Source: an uncultured delta proteobacterium
Lineage (GTDB): Bacteria > Desulfobacterota > WTBG01 > CAIYCZ01 > CAIRTM01
Direction: 5' to 3'
Length of the DNA: 64,000 nt
NCBI GenBank assembly: GCA_963718965.1
Contig: CAVRBJ010000027.1
Location: forward strand, 73,360-137,359
A program made the position numbers and the translations under genes. The notes under the pieces were generated by a model. It was not told where the DNA came from. It made no database searches and was given only the letters and a program-made list of their open reading frames with translations. Within the stretch, counting starts at the first letter, position 1; every line of letters begins with the position of its first letter. Positions 37,582-49,094 of the stretch are shown here, in pieces.

Positions 37582-39409
37582 CTACTTCAGCCTGTCACGC
37601 AGTCCCGAGGTGCGCATGATGCAGCGCTCAATGGCTGACTTGAAAATATCGCTGTCGGCCCAGAGGGTAACTCTGCTGCGGGCGCGGGTAATGGCCGTGT
37701 AGATAAGCTCGCGCGTGAGCACCGGCGACGGCTGGTCGGGCAGCACTATCAGCACATGGTCGAATTCCGAGCCCTGGCTTTTGTGCACGGTCAGGCCGTA
37801 GGCTGTTTCATGCTCGGGCAGGCGCGCTGCAACAAAAGAGCGAACAGCCCCCTCGGGCCCGGCAAAGCAGGCTTTCAAAACCCCGTCGGGGCTTTGAAAA
37901 ATAATGCCGTTGTCGCCATTGAATATTCTTATGCCATAGTCGTTGCGCGTGACCATAACCGGCCTGCCATGATACCAGCGGCCTGTGCGCCGTATGCGGT
38001 GCTGATGCTCAAGCACAGCCTCAACCGCGTCATTTATTCCCGCAACGCCCCGCTGCCCCTCGCGCACAGCGCAGAGGATGCGGAAGCGGCCGAACATCTC
38101 AAGCGCGCTGCGCGCATCTGCGCATCGGGCAATACCGGCATAATTATCCAGAACCATTTTTTCAAGTGCCGGCGCATGGCTCTGCGGGCCGCGTGCCGGT
38201 TCCCAAGAGAGATCGCTGCGGTCGCCTGAGGCTAGGATCTCAAGGGCTGCAGCACTATCCGAGCGGTTGACGGCTGCGGCCAGTGCCCCGATGCCGCTGT
38301 TTGCCCCGAAGCGGTAATTGCGCGTAAGCTCCACAATGCCGTCGGTAATGGGAGGGGCTTGTTCAAGCTGCGGCACGCCCTCAACGCGCTCACCGGTCAG
38401 GCTTTCATAGCGGTCAAGATGGCTGCGGGAAAAATTTTCAACACGGCCATCGGCGCACACATCCCCGAGCACTGCTCCCGACTCTACCGATGCCAGCTGG
38501 TCTTTATCCCCAAGCAGCAGCAGGCGCGCATGAGGCGGAAGCGCCCGGACAAGCTTTGCTATAAGCGGCAGATCGACCATGGAGGCTTCATCCACTACCA
38601 CAACATCATAGGGCAGGGGATTTTTTTCATCAAAGCGGGCCCGGGCTTCATCGGGCGATAGGCCCAGCAGCCGGTGCAGGGTCGATGCCTCGCGCGGCAG
38701 AGCCTCTTTGACCGCAGCGTCGCAGGCCAGCCCCTGAATGGCCGCGCCTATTGCCTGCTGCACGCGGTCTGCGGCCTTGCCCGTGGGGGCGGCAAGGGCT
38801 ATGCGCAGCGGACGCGGGTGCAAGGCCGATGAGCAGCGCCAGAATTTTTGCCACCGTCGTGGTCTTGCCGGTGCCGGGCCCGCCGCAAATAACGGCAAAA
38901 CGCCTGGTAGCGGCTGTGAAGGCCGCAAGCTTCTGGCGGTTCAGCCCTGCGCCGGGGTCGGGCGGAAAAAGGTCTTTCAGCAGGGCGGCCAGCAGCTTTT
39001 CTTCGCAGGCCACAGGCTCTGCCGCCTGCTTCATAAAAAATGCTGCAAGGTTTTTTTCATACTGCCAGTAGCGGTACAGATACAGCCTTCCCGAGCTGTC
39101 CAGCACCAGGGGACGGGCCTCATTGTCTCCTGTAGCCACAACAGAGCTTTTTGCAAGAACATCGGTCCACCGCGCAAACTCGGGGCAGACAACAGAAGTC
39201 TGCGGCGCGTTTTTCCCGGCAGCCTCATTAAGGTCAAGGCAGATATGGCCCGTGCCGGTCTGACGGCTCACCAGCGCCGCGGCAATCACAAGCTCGGCGC
39301 TCTCCGCGCCCGCAAGCTTTGCCATGAACCGGGCAAAGTGCAGGTCAAGGGGCGAGAAAGCACCTGCAGCGGCGCAGGATTCAAGAGTTTTAAGAATATC
39401 GGTTTTCAT
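37582..39409 (-). CDS. recD: Exodeoxyribonuclease V alpha subunit RecD, with one apparent frameshift near 38835
   Basis: ORF 38648..39409 carries ICGGPGTGKTTTVAKILALL. ORF 37582..38928 continues with RIALAAPTGKAADRV...VVVDEASMVDL...LLLGDKDQLASVESG...TVHKSQGSEF...YTAITRAR. Confidence 0.85.
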
Positions 39410-39524
39410 AATGTATCAAACAGCCCTGATGCCGGTTTTTCAATCGATAAAATTATTCAATGCAGGGGCAGGCTTTACGCCCGCCCGCGGGGGGCTAACC
39501 CCCTCCCCTGCGTTTGAATACCAG

Positions 39525-42500
39525 CTAAATTTTCCCAATCAACCTTTCTTCCATTTCCTGTATCAACTCCCGAACCGGTCGGTCGAAGAAAATTCCCTGC
39601 TCGGGTGCATCTTTTGAAAGCCCCCGGAGAAAAATATAGAAAACACCACCGAAATGTTTCTCATATTCATAGCCGGGCAGACGCAGTTGCAGATAGCAGT
39701 GCAGGGCAAGGGTGTACAGGTGATACTGCAGAAAATAGAAATTATCCCGCATGGCCTGCATGAGCCGGCCGGGGGCATAGTCGGAAGGGGCTGCGCCGAG
39801 AAAGTTCGACTTCCAGTCGATGATATAGAACCGCTCATCATGGCGAAAAACAAGGTCGATAAATCCGTTCATATACCCGGCAACGGAGGAGAAAACGAGT
39901 TCTTCAATGGCGCCGGTAAAGGCCGGCTGCCGGGCTTCTTTAAAGAGACCGGCAAGGGAGTTTTTCGACAGAGTGCGCAGGGGGAAATAAAAGCACAGCT
40001 CATGGAGCTGCGCTGAGCGGTCAATAGCGTTTAGGCTGCACACCGTGCTTTCACCCTGAAGCGCTACGGCGGCAACATCTGCAAGCATACGGCTGATAAC
40101 AGCTCTCCATTTGGCCTCAAGGCCGTATTGCAAAGCTTTTCCTGCACAAGCCCCTGAGTGGCCTCACCAGCCGGATCAGCAAAATCCGTGCGTTCTCCAG
40201 TATTTCATGCAGCATGGTGCCGATGCGGGCGCCTCCCGGCAGGGTGAACATGGTGCCTGCCTCCTGCGCAGGCGATGAAGCGGGAGGGGCTGAAAACTCG
40301 TCTGACTGGGGGAATTCCTGCTCATGGGGCCTGCCCGCGATAAGGGATGAGAAACTTGCAATGCGCCACTGGCGGCTGATGCTGCCGAAAAATTTCGGTT
40401 CGACAAGCTGCGGCTGCTTTTGCTCTGCTGCAGGAGACACTTGACGGTCAGAAGCGTTAAGAACCAAATCGCGTATGGCAATAGCGCCGCCGGAACTGTT
40501 GGCAATAGCTTTAAGCTCCTGGCGTATGTCCTCATCTGTAAGGCTTTAAAACTCTTCTTTCATTTGCGCGGCAATATCACCTGCTGCGTCAATACCTGCG
40601 CCGTGAAACAGGTATGCAGGCGCCGATGTGTATGCTTTGTCAAAGCTGCCCCAGACCATATAGCAGCGCCGCTTTGCCCGGGTGAGGGCCACATATAAAA
40701 GCCGCAGATCTTCTGCCAGCGTTTCGCGGGCTGCAATTTTTTTATGCTCATCAGATTGCTCTGAGCCGATATCAAGGGTTAGCCGCAAGCCATTGCCCGG
40801 GTCATGGAAAAGCACCTGCTGATTATTTCCTTTGCCGCCGGACCAGGCATAGGGGCAGAAGACAATGGGGTATTCAAGGCCTTTGCTCTTGTGGATGGTG
40901 ACGATTTTGACCGCGTCTTCATCGCTTTCAAGGCGCAGCTGATGCTCGTCGAGGCGGGGCGTGCCGGGATTGCGCTGGCAGGCAAGCCACTGCACAAGGC
41001 CGTCAATGCCCGGAGCTGTTTGCAGCTCCTGGCGGTGCAGCACTTCGGCAAGGTGCAAAATATTTGTTACCCGGCGCTCACCTTCAGGCTCGACAATCAG
41101 GCGCTCAAGAACTGAGCGCTCCACGAGCAGCCGGCGCAGCATGGCAAAGCAGCCCTGCTGCAGCCATAGATCATGCAGGCTGTTAAAGCCCGTGAGCTCG
41201 GCTTCATGGCTCGGGCTGTCCTGCAGAAGCTGCGCAAGCTTTTCAGCGTCATAGCCCAGCAGCACAGTAGCAAGCGCGGCCCGCAGGCACCCTTCAGAGC
41301 CGGGAGCGGCAACAGCGCGCAGCACAAGCTCAAGCTCGGCTGCCTCGGTCGTGTCAAAAATAGTTTCCGTGCTCTGGCGTATGGAGGGCACCCGGCGAAG
41401 CGCAAGCTCACGCTGCACAATGGCTGCTTCATGGTGCGTGCGAACCAGCACTGCCATATGCCCGGGCTGCTCGCCGGCTGCGATAAGAGTCACAATTTCA
41501 GCCGCCACGCAGCGGGCAATGCCCCGGCGAAGCTTTGTTACGCGCAGCTCTGCATGCTCGGCTTCAGGCACAAACCAGAGCTCAAAGGGCGGCGCGGTTG
41601 GCTGCCTGCTGCTACGCGCTCCGACACAGCATCGGTGAAACGTGATCTGCTCAAAGAGAAACGGATTAGCATGGCGGCCAAACAGCGCATTGACAGCGCT
41701 TATCAGCTGCGGGTCGGAGCGCCAGTTGGTGCCAAGGAGGTGCCGCTTTTTTACCTGCCCGACAGCGTCCAGATAGGTAAAGATATCAGCGCTGCGGAAG
41801 CTGTAGATGGCCTGCTTGGGATCGCCGATGAGAAAAAGGGCCGCGTCGGGATGCCGGAATATTTTTTCAAAAATCGCGTACTGCACCGGGTCCGTATCCT
41901 GAAATTCGTCAATCAGGGCAGCGGCAAATCTGGCGCGTACGGCAGCGGCAAGGCGGCTGCCCTCGGGCCCTATAAGGCCCCGGTAGACGCGCAGCAGCAG
42001 GTCGTCGAAATACTGAATATTCTGCGCCTGCTTGCGAAGCTCAAGCTCCTGGCGCACCTGCTCGAAAGCCGCGGCTTTTATAGCCAGCACCTGCCGGCTG
42101 TAGAGATTCTCAAGCTCCTGCGCGTTTCTATAAAAATCGCTGAAGGCATCGAAGAAGGGATGCACGGGCGGCCCGTCTTTTTTTGCAGCCTGTCTGCAGA
42201 TCGTCATTGGTGAAGCGGGAGGCATTTTCAAAAAGCGGCAGTTGTGGGCTGTCGGCGGCAAGCCAGGCGTCAAGCTGGCTGGCCCAGCCGGTGACATAGC
42301 GTTGCTGATACTTTCTGCCGTCGAGCATTTTGTTGTCCGTGAGAAGGCGGCAAATTTCGTCTTTGTTCGTCTCCCAGAGCGCTGCGAATGCCGGGTATAG
42401 CCTGCAGCAAAATTTCTTCGGCTGTCCCATAGTCAACCATAGCCTCCAGCGGCACGATGACCAGCTCGGGCTTGCTGACATGGCGGCTCACAAGGCTGTA

Positions 42501-43058
42501 GAGGCTGTCGGCGGTAAGGTTTGTCTGCAGGCAATAGGCCGTAAACAGGCGGCTCTGGCTGTAGATGTTTTTGCGCCAGAAGTCATCAACAGCGCGGCGC
42601 ACGAGATCGTCCTGCGAAGAAATAAGCTCCGTGTCGAATAACCCCCCGGCCTCGAAGGCCAGATCACGCAGCACCCGCTGGCAGAAGCCGTGTATGGTGA
42701 AAATGGCTGCCTCGTCAAAGTCGGCAATAGCAGCGGTAAGCAGGGGCACGGCATGCTCCCGGGTATGCCGGCTGAGCAGCTCCTGCAGAAACGCATCGTC
42801 TGCGGGTGCGCAGCCTGCTTGAAATGCATCGAGCGCCCCGCGAAGCCGGGTGCGCACGCGGTCGCGCAGCTCGCCCGTTGCTGCCTCGGTGAAGGTGACA
42901 ACCAGAATGCGGCGCACGTCCAGGTCGGGCCGTTCCAGTATCAGGCGCAGGAAAAGACTTGTGATGGTATAGGTCTTGCCCGTGCCCGCGCTGGCCTCGA
43001 TAAGCTGCGAGCCTTCAAGGGGGACGGCAAATGGTGAGAAATGTTTTGTATCTTTCAT
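39525..43058 (-). CDS. recB: Exodeoxyribonuclease V beta subunit RecB; four apparent frameshifts and one in-frame TAA in this assembly
   Basis: N-terminus IEASAGTGKTYTITSLFLRLI (ORF 42270..43058). The middle helicase part is ORFs 42128..42481 and 40546..42297 (...IDEFQDTDPVQY...TIHKSKGLEYPIV...LYVALTRAK). The linker is ORF 40117..40467. The C-terminal PD-(D/E)XK nuclease is ORF 39525..40133 (GFIDLVFRHDERFYIIDWKSN...QYHLYTLAL...GGVFYIFLRG). Confidence 0.85.
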
Positions 43059-43132
43059 GATATCTTTTAGCTGTTATGCATGCTGAACGAGCTGCTGGCA
43101 GGCTTGCAAGCCAGCAGGCCCGCAAGCTTTTT

Positions 43133-43483
43133 TTATTGAGTCACCTTTTTATAAAAGCTCCAGAGAAGCTTTCCCAGCATTTCTTTCAGTGCAATCAAAT
43201 GCTTATATTCTTCAGCCTGCAATAAGCCGAGCCTTTTAGAAAAATCGAGCAAGTATTCAACTTCTGCAAATGAGCCAAGCGAAATATTAATAAAGCGGGC
43301 AAGCTCTTTGTCCCCTTTTCGAGCATAGCCTTCAACAATGTTTAAGGGAACCGAAAGCGCCGCTCTTCTTAACTGCGAAGTGATCCCGTAGAGTTCATCC
43401 TTGGGGAAATGTTTTGTAGTCTTGTATATTTCAAAAGCAAATTCATCTGCGGCCTGCCAAATTTTTAAATCACGATAATTCAT
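43133..43483 (-). CDS. Four-helix-bundle protein (23S rRNA intervening-sequence protein / Avd-like family)
   Basis: MNYRDLKIWQAADEFAFEIYKTTKHFPKDELYGITSQLRRAALSVPLNIVEGYARKGDKELARFINISLGSFAEVEYLL; textbook family signature. AAGGAG lies 5 nt upstream of the ATG at 43483. Confidence 0.85.
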   Translation of the reverse strand: MNYRDLKIWQAADEFAFEIYKTTKHFPKDELYGITSQLRRAALSVPLNIVEGYARKGDKELARFINISLGSFAEVEYLLDFSKRLGLLQAEEYKHLIALKEMLGKLLWSFYKKVTQ

Positions 43484-43568
43484 AAAGGCTCCTTTGAAAT
43501 AGCTGACAAGCTTGAAGGCCTTCGTTTTTTGCCTGCCGACTTGCAAGCCTACTCGCCTGCCAGCGTTT

Positions 43569-46500
43569 TTATATATTCTCCCTGTGCTCCATCATCGTCA
43601 CATATACGGACCGGGCAAGATTCATGAATTCCTGCTCATCAAATTCGCCGTCCGGGAAGCATATATTTATATAGGGATCATCGGCATCGCCCCCACCGGT
43701 GAAGTCGCTGCCCTCAAAAGAATCAAACGCGGCCAGCAGGGCTTTTTGTTCGTCGCTATTTTTCTTGAACAGCTTGTCTGCAAATGCAAACGACGCTTTC
43801 GGAAAAAGCGGCAAAGGCCGGTGCAGGCCCTGCCAGTAGAGGTCAAGAAGGCTGCCAAGAAGCAGCCCGGCATTATCTATATGCGGAAACTGCCAGCCCT
43901 GTGGGCTGTGGGTCTTTACCGTCAAGGGCAAAGAGCAATGTCCTGTCGCCCGTGCCGGAGGCGCACAGGGCAAGGTGATATATCCATGCCCGCAGGAAAT
44001 CTTTGGCTTTTGCCCGCGCATAGCGATACACAACCAGCGTGCGGCTGTGAACGGCGCTTAAGGTGCCGGTCAAAGTAAACTGCCCCAGTGGCAGAACAAG
44101 GGCCACAGGCTCTGCCGAAGCATGGGCACGGTAGGGCGTCTAGTTGCTCTATAAAATCATCAATTTTGCCGACGGAGGCATCATATACCAGCTCTCCCAC
44201 CATGCCATGGGGCAGCAGCCCCTGGGCGCGCACGGATGGATAGAGCTCTTCAGTGTCCGCGCCTGCAAGCCTGCGATCCAGCAGCTCCTGCTCGACCGTG
44301 TAGCGCTCAAGCCCGGCAAGGGCAAAAGGCTCGCGGTCTTCGATCAGGTCTTCAGCAGCATCAAAATAAATCCCCAGCCGCTTCTGCAGAATATACCGGC
44401 AGGGATTTTCCAGAAAGCGGCACAGGTCATCAAGGGTAAGCGTTCTGAAAGCATCTTCTGCTGCCGGCAGCGCACCGGTAAAAAACGGCGGCATTTCAGC
44501 GGCAGCGCCCTGCCTGATGGCCTGTGCGCAGTGAAAATCCCGCAGCGAATAGCTGCGCAAATCTTTGCCTTCAAAATAGCCGGGGCTGAACGGCTGCAGC
44601 CGGTGTTTGGTAATCATATACTCCCGCAAGGGCTTGCTCCGGGTCCGGGCAGGTGAAACCCTGCTCGATATAATCCAGAAGCTGGCTCACCACGGTTGAG
44701 GGCGGTATGACCGAGTTGTCGCTCATGTTCTGGCCCGTATAGCTTATGAAGAGCTGCTGCTGCGCCGAGAGCAGGGTTTCGAGAAACAGGTAGCGGTCGT
44801 CTTTTTTCACCGAGCGGTCGCAGGCACGGCTGTGGCGCGCGATGAGGTCGAAAGCTGGCGGCCGCGCCACGCGGGGAAACAGGCCGTCGTTCATGCCAAG
44901 CAGGCAGATTATTTTAAACGGTATGCTGCGCATGGGCAGCATGGCGCATACCGTCACCGCGCCCGTGAGAAAGCCCGCGCCTGTCACCTGCTGGGAAAAG
45001 GCCTTTTCAAGATGCTCGCGCACCACCTCAAGAGAAAGCTCCCGTTCAAAGCCCGAAATCTCCTGCATGCGGCCAAGGCTTGCGCAAGCCTCCCGCGCTG
45101 TGTCAAGGGTATGGGTTTCATCTTCTGAGTCGGGATCAAAAAAGTCGGCAAGCATGTCCTGCAAAAGACGGGACCAGCCGGCAAGATTTTTGTCGCCCCG
45201 CAGCCGGTCGGAAAGTGTGAAAAGAACGCTCATGAACTGGGCAAACCTGCCCAGCGCCTGCGCAGCTCCGCCCTCCATGGGGCCATAGGGCAGCACGCCC
45301 TCAAACAGCGCGCCTTCATCGCCGGGCATGGCATACCCCAGCAGCAGCCGCTCAAGGCCCGCCTCCCAGGTGTTTTCGCCGCAGGCGGGCAGCCCGTCCT
45401 GCGAGCGCGAGGCAGCATCTTTGCCCCAGCGAATGCGGGTTTGTTGTAATCCAGAGCCGCACAAGCTCAAGGTCGCCTTCGGATAGGCCGAACCGCCGCT
45501 GCACAGCCCGTGATTCCAGCACCTGCAGCACCTGCGGCGCGCCGAAGCGGCTCTGGCTGAGGCTGAGCAGATGCAGCACCGCTTCATAGAGGGGATAGGC
45601 ATGCAGAAAGCTGCGGTCGGCCATGCTGAAGGGTATGCGCAGGGCTTCGCTTTCCGGCGCGCCGAACACGGCCTGCACAAAGGGGCCGTAGGTTTCAATA
45701 TCCGGGGTCATCACCAGTATGTCATGGGGCGCAAGATCAGGATCGGCCTCGAAAAACCCGAGCAGCGTGTCATGCAGCACCTCAACCTCGCGCATGGGGC
45801 TGTGGCATGAATGAATCTGCACGGAGCGGTCTGCGGCAGCCAGTGTGGTTTTCTGCTCACCTGCTGCGCCGCGGTCACGCAGGTTAAGAATATCGTCCTT
45901 TATGCAGGCAAGAAGGCTTACACTCTGTTTCTTCAGCAAACAGCTCATGCTCGCTGCACGGGCTTTCAAGCAGCAGCTCGTAGAACTCCCGGCCATAGGC
46001 CCCGAGGCCGGCAAGCAGGCTGTTGCCGCGGCTCAAATGCAGCGCTTCATCAGGCTTGGACTCCAGTCCTGCCCCGGCGCCGGGCAAGGCGGCTGGCCTG
46101 CTTCTCGGTTACAATATCGCCCCAGTATTCGCGGCAGGGATTGAGAAGAAACAGATGCACATCGCAATGTTCGGCAAGGGCCTCAAAAAACCGGATATGA
46201 TAGGGCGGCAGCACGGCTATGCCGAACACGGAAATGCGCTCGGGTATATGGCTGGCAAGGGCCGGGTCTTATTTTAAGGGCGGTCAGAAAATCATCAAGA
46301 AGCCTGCCGCGGTGAGCGCCGCGGTTCTGGCCGGCATAGGTCGCGCCACAGCTGCGCCTGCCAAGCTCTTCGCCATCGTTTTCATAGCAGAGCTTTCCCT
46401 TCTCCCAGGCCGCAAGCATCTCGGGCCGGTAAATGGCATACTGGTCAAAAAGGTCTGCCACGCGGCAGGAAAGCTGATAGAGCTTAAGGCCTGTGTCGCC

Positions 46501-46837
46501 CTGCAGATAGGCTTTCGGGCTTGGTTTGTCGATGCCGGGCAGCAGGCCCATAATGCGCCAGGCAAGCGCTTCGCGCTCGAAAGCCCCGGTGTCGGGCAGG
46601 TCCGGCAGGCTTGCCTGCACGGTCTGCGTAAAAAATGCATTGGGGAAGGGGAAGGTGCAGTTTGCGCAAATGCCCAAGCTGCCGGGCCAGCTGCAGAGAC
46701 AGCCACCGCTGCATGCCCCGGCTCTGCACCACGATCACCTCGGGCGCAAGGGGGTTGGCAAGCGGCCGGCCATGATAGCGGCAAGCCTGTCGGCCAGTAA
46801 TGTCAAGCCGGTTGCTGGTATGCAGATTGAGCGTCAT
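43569..46837 (-). CDS. recC: Exodeoxyribonuclease V gamma subunit RecC; about eight apparent frameshifts in this assembly
   Basis: RecC-like sequence can be followed through nine frame segments: MTLNLHTSNRL...VIVVQSRGMQRWLSLQLARQLG / ANCTFPFPNAFF...LFDQYAIYRPEML / ERISVFGIAVLPPYHIRFFEALAEHCDVHLFLLNPC / GNSLLAGLGAYGREFYELL / IHSCHSPMREVEVLHD... / ...ICLLGMNDGLFPR... / ITKHRLQPFSPGYF... / LTGTLSAV...AKDFLRAWIYHL / ...LDLYWQGLHRPLPLFPK. Confidence 0.85.
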
Positions 46838-46947
46838 GGATTAAACTGATACCATAAAAGCCATGCTTTTTTGGAGTTATTTTTTTACCGGCCCCTTTGC
46901 TCCACATGCAGAGACAGCTGGTTCGTCATGTGGGATAAACTCCGCTC

Positions 46948-46975
46948 TTGACCCATGCGTGATGCAAGGTATGAT
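46948..46975 (+). promoter_or_regulatory. Candidate sigma70 promoter for the cytidylate-kinase-like gene
   Basis: TTGACC (46948-46953), a 16-nt spacer, then TATGAT (46970-46975). Confidence 0.4.
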
Positions 46976-47071
46976 TTTAGGTTTTTCCGCATCGGATAAA
47001 CATGCTATGAATTAATTAAGAGCACCCGGTTAAAGCAACGTCATATACAATTGCACAGGAAGGAACGGCAT

Positions 47072-47759
47072 ATGGAAACAGGCCATGCCAGAAAGTATAT
47101 CGAAAGCGCTGTCGCCAGATATGAAATGGCCGTGAAGCTTCAGCCTAAATATGCTGCAAAAGAGCCCCTGAAAGTTATCACCATTTCGCGTCAGATCGGC
47201 TCAGGCGGCCGCGAAATAGCTGAAAAACTGGGCTCTGGGCTGGGCTGCACGGTGTGGGGCCGCGAGATACTTGACGTGCTGGCCAGTCAGTCGGGCGGTG
47301 ACTATCGGGCCCGCATGTTCGAGTCCCTCGATGAAAAAAAGCAGGGAGCCATCGACGAGCTGGTGAGCGATTTTTTCGGTCAGGTCGCCACGCATACCTA
47401 TCACTATCTGCTGCCCAGGGCCATATTCACCATCGCCCAGAGCGACGCCATTTTTCTTGGCCGCGGGGCCAACCTCATACTTCCCCAGGCCTTCCATGTG
47501 CGCATCACGGCATCGATGGAAAACCGCATACTCCGCATAATGGCCAGGGAGAAGCTTAGACCGGGCGGCGGCCGAGGAAAGGATCAAGGAGTCGGACCAT
47601 CAGCGCGAAACTTTCCTGAAAGAGTTCGCCCATTCGATCAATGCTAAAAAGTACCGCAATGAGTTCGATCTGCTCATCAACACCGACCGCATAGCGGCAG
47701 ACGAGGCGGCTTCCGTCATACTGCACGGCTTTAAGCTTTTCCACAAAAGCAGCAGGTAG
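47072..47759 (+). CDS. Cytidylate-kinase-like family (AAA/P-loop NMP kinase-like) protein, with one apparent frameshift near 47570
   Basis: ITISRQIGSGGREIAEKLG....G..VWGREIL, typical of the cytidylate kinase-like family. The tail continues in another frame as EERIKESDHQRETFLKEFAHSI...LLINTDRI... The shift lies in a GGCGGCGGCC tract. GGAAGGA lies upstream of the ATG at 47072. Confidence 0.65.
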
Positions 47760-47869
47760 TAATATATCCGGTAGGGCGTGCAGAAAAATGATTGTATGAT
47801 ACATAGAGAGCTTCATACTACAAACACTATCCCCTAATTGCACACTAGAGAACGGAGTAACTTGAGTAT

Positions 47870-48124
47870 ATGGAAACGCAACCCCTTTGTCCGCAGCTGC
47901 TGGTATGGCGGCAACTATATACCGTTCTGGAAGAAGCCTTTCTGCAGGCCGGTGTTCTCGGCATGCCGCCGCCCCCGCCGGTATTCAATATGCAAAGCTG
48001 GTCGCTGTCAACTTTCGCCCACAAGCAGCAGCGCTGGGCCGCAACCTGCGCCTGGGCTGAGCAGTACGGATTTAAGCATCTCATTGGGGAGCTTTCAGCC
48101 GATGAGCTCTATGATGGCGATTAG
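47870..48124 (+). CDS. Conserved hypothetical small protein
   Basis: 84-aa protein. The segment PPPPPVFNMQSW...KQQRWAATCAWAEQYGFKHLIGELSADEL resembles a small family I recall with PPPLILAAW...WA..HG motifs. Confidence 0.45.
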   Translation: METQPLCPQLLVWRQLYTVLEEAFLQAGVLGMPPPPPVFNMQSWSLSTFAHKQQRWAATCAWAEQYGFKHLIGELSADELYDGD

Positions 48125-48155
48125 CAGGTACAATTAAAAAGCCCGTCCGGAATAT

Positions 48156-48192
48156 AAAAAAAGAGCAGGGGCTTGTGCCCCTGCTCTTTTTG
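48156..48192. terminator. Bidirectional rho-independent terminator
   Basis: AGAGCAGGGG-CTTGTG-CCCCTGCTCT forms a 10-bp stem, with an A-run upstream and a T-run downstream. Confidence 0.7.
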
Positions 48193-48237
48193 ATATTCTG
48201 TCTGCGCAACCAGGTGCATTCAGGTTGTCAATGCATC

Positions 48238-48892
48238 TCAGCCCTGTCCCTGGATCGGGATAATTTTCATGGTAACGCGACGGTTCATCTGGCGGCCGCC
48301 CTCATTGTCATTGCCGGCAATAGGCATGCCCTCGCCCATGCCGATGGTTTCAAGGCGCGACGGGTCGACATTTCTTGTCACCAAGCGCACTTTTAACCGC
48401 CTCGGCACGGCGCAGCGACAGCTGCTGGTTGTAGTTTTCATCGCCCTGGCTGTCCGTATGCCCCTCAATGCGGATGCGGCACTGGGGGTATTTATTCAGA
48501 ACCTGGCAGACGCGGTCAAGCTCGCCGTAGGCGCCCGGCTTCAAAACAGAGGAATTGGTATCAAACATCATGTCGGCCTTGAAGGTGAGCTCAAGAATAT
48601 CCTGGTCGCGCTTGATGCTGGCGCCCTCGACCTGACTCATGGCGTCTCTCAGGTCACGCTCCTGGTTGTCCATATACCGGCCGATGGCGCCACCGGCCAG
48701 GCCGCCAACCACAAGACCTGCACCAGCCCCGATCAAAGCACCCTTTTTGCCGCCTATTGCAGCGCCCAGACCAGCGCCTGCCAGCGTGCCGACGGCAGCC
48801 CCTATGCCAGCGCCCTTCTGGGTTTTGGTGGCCTCGGCGCAACCGGAAGCAAGAAAAGCAACAATGATAAGTCCCGCGATCATTTTTTTCAT
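48238..48892 (-). CDS. OmpA-family lipoprotein with an N-terminal glycine-zipper region, with one apparent frameshift near 48385
   Basis: Lipobox LASGC, then GAGIGAAVGTLAGAGLGAAIGG..., and an OmpA-like domain: FDTNSSVLKP...IRIEGHTDSQGDENYNQQLSLRRAEAVKSAL / VTRNVDPSRLETIGMGEGMPIAGNDNEGGRQMNRRV. Confidence 0.8.
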
Positions 48893-49094
48893 ACTTTACT
48901 CCTTTTGTAATAGATTTATTTTTTTCAGCTTATTCAGCAAGCCATTTCCCTGTTCCGAGTAGTTGAACCCCTATCTTAAGAAATATATAGCACCCTGCTT
49001 CCGGCAAAACAAGTTTTCTGTACCTGTCATTTTTGCAGAAACAGCAACTGGTTCAAGCCGGATGCATTGTTTGTTTATCACGCATGCACAAAAA

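Noticed and set aside
37582-46837. Programmed ribosomal frameshifting, or deliberately split subunits, as an explanation for the fragmented recBCD genes
   Set aside because: There are too many shifts, none at a recognisable slippery heptamer with a downstream structure. The same kind of shift occurs in unrelated genes across the window.
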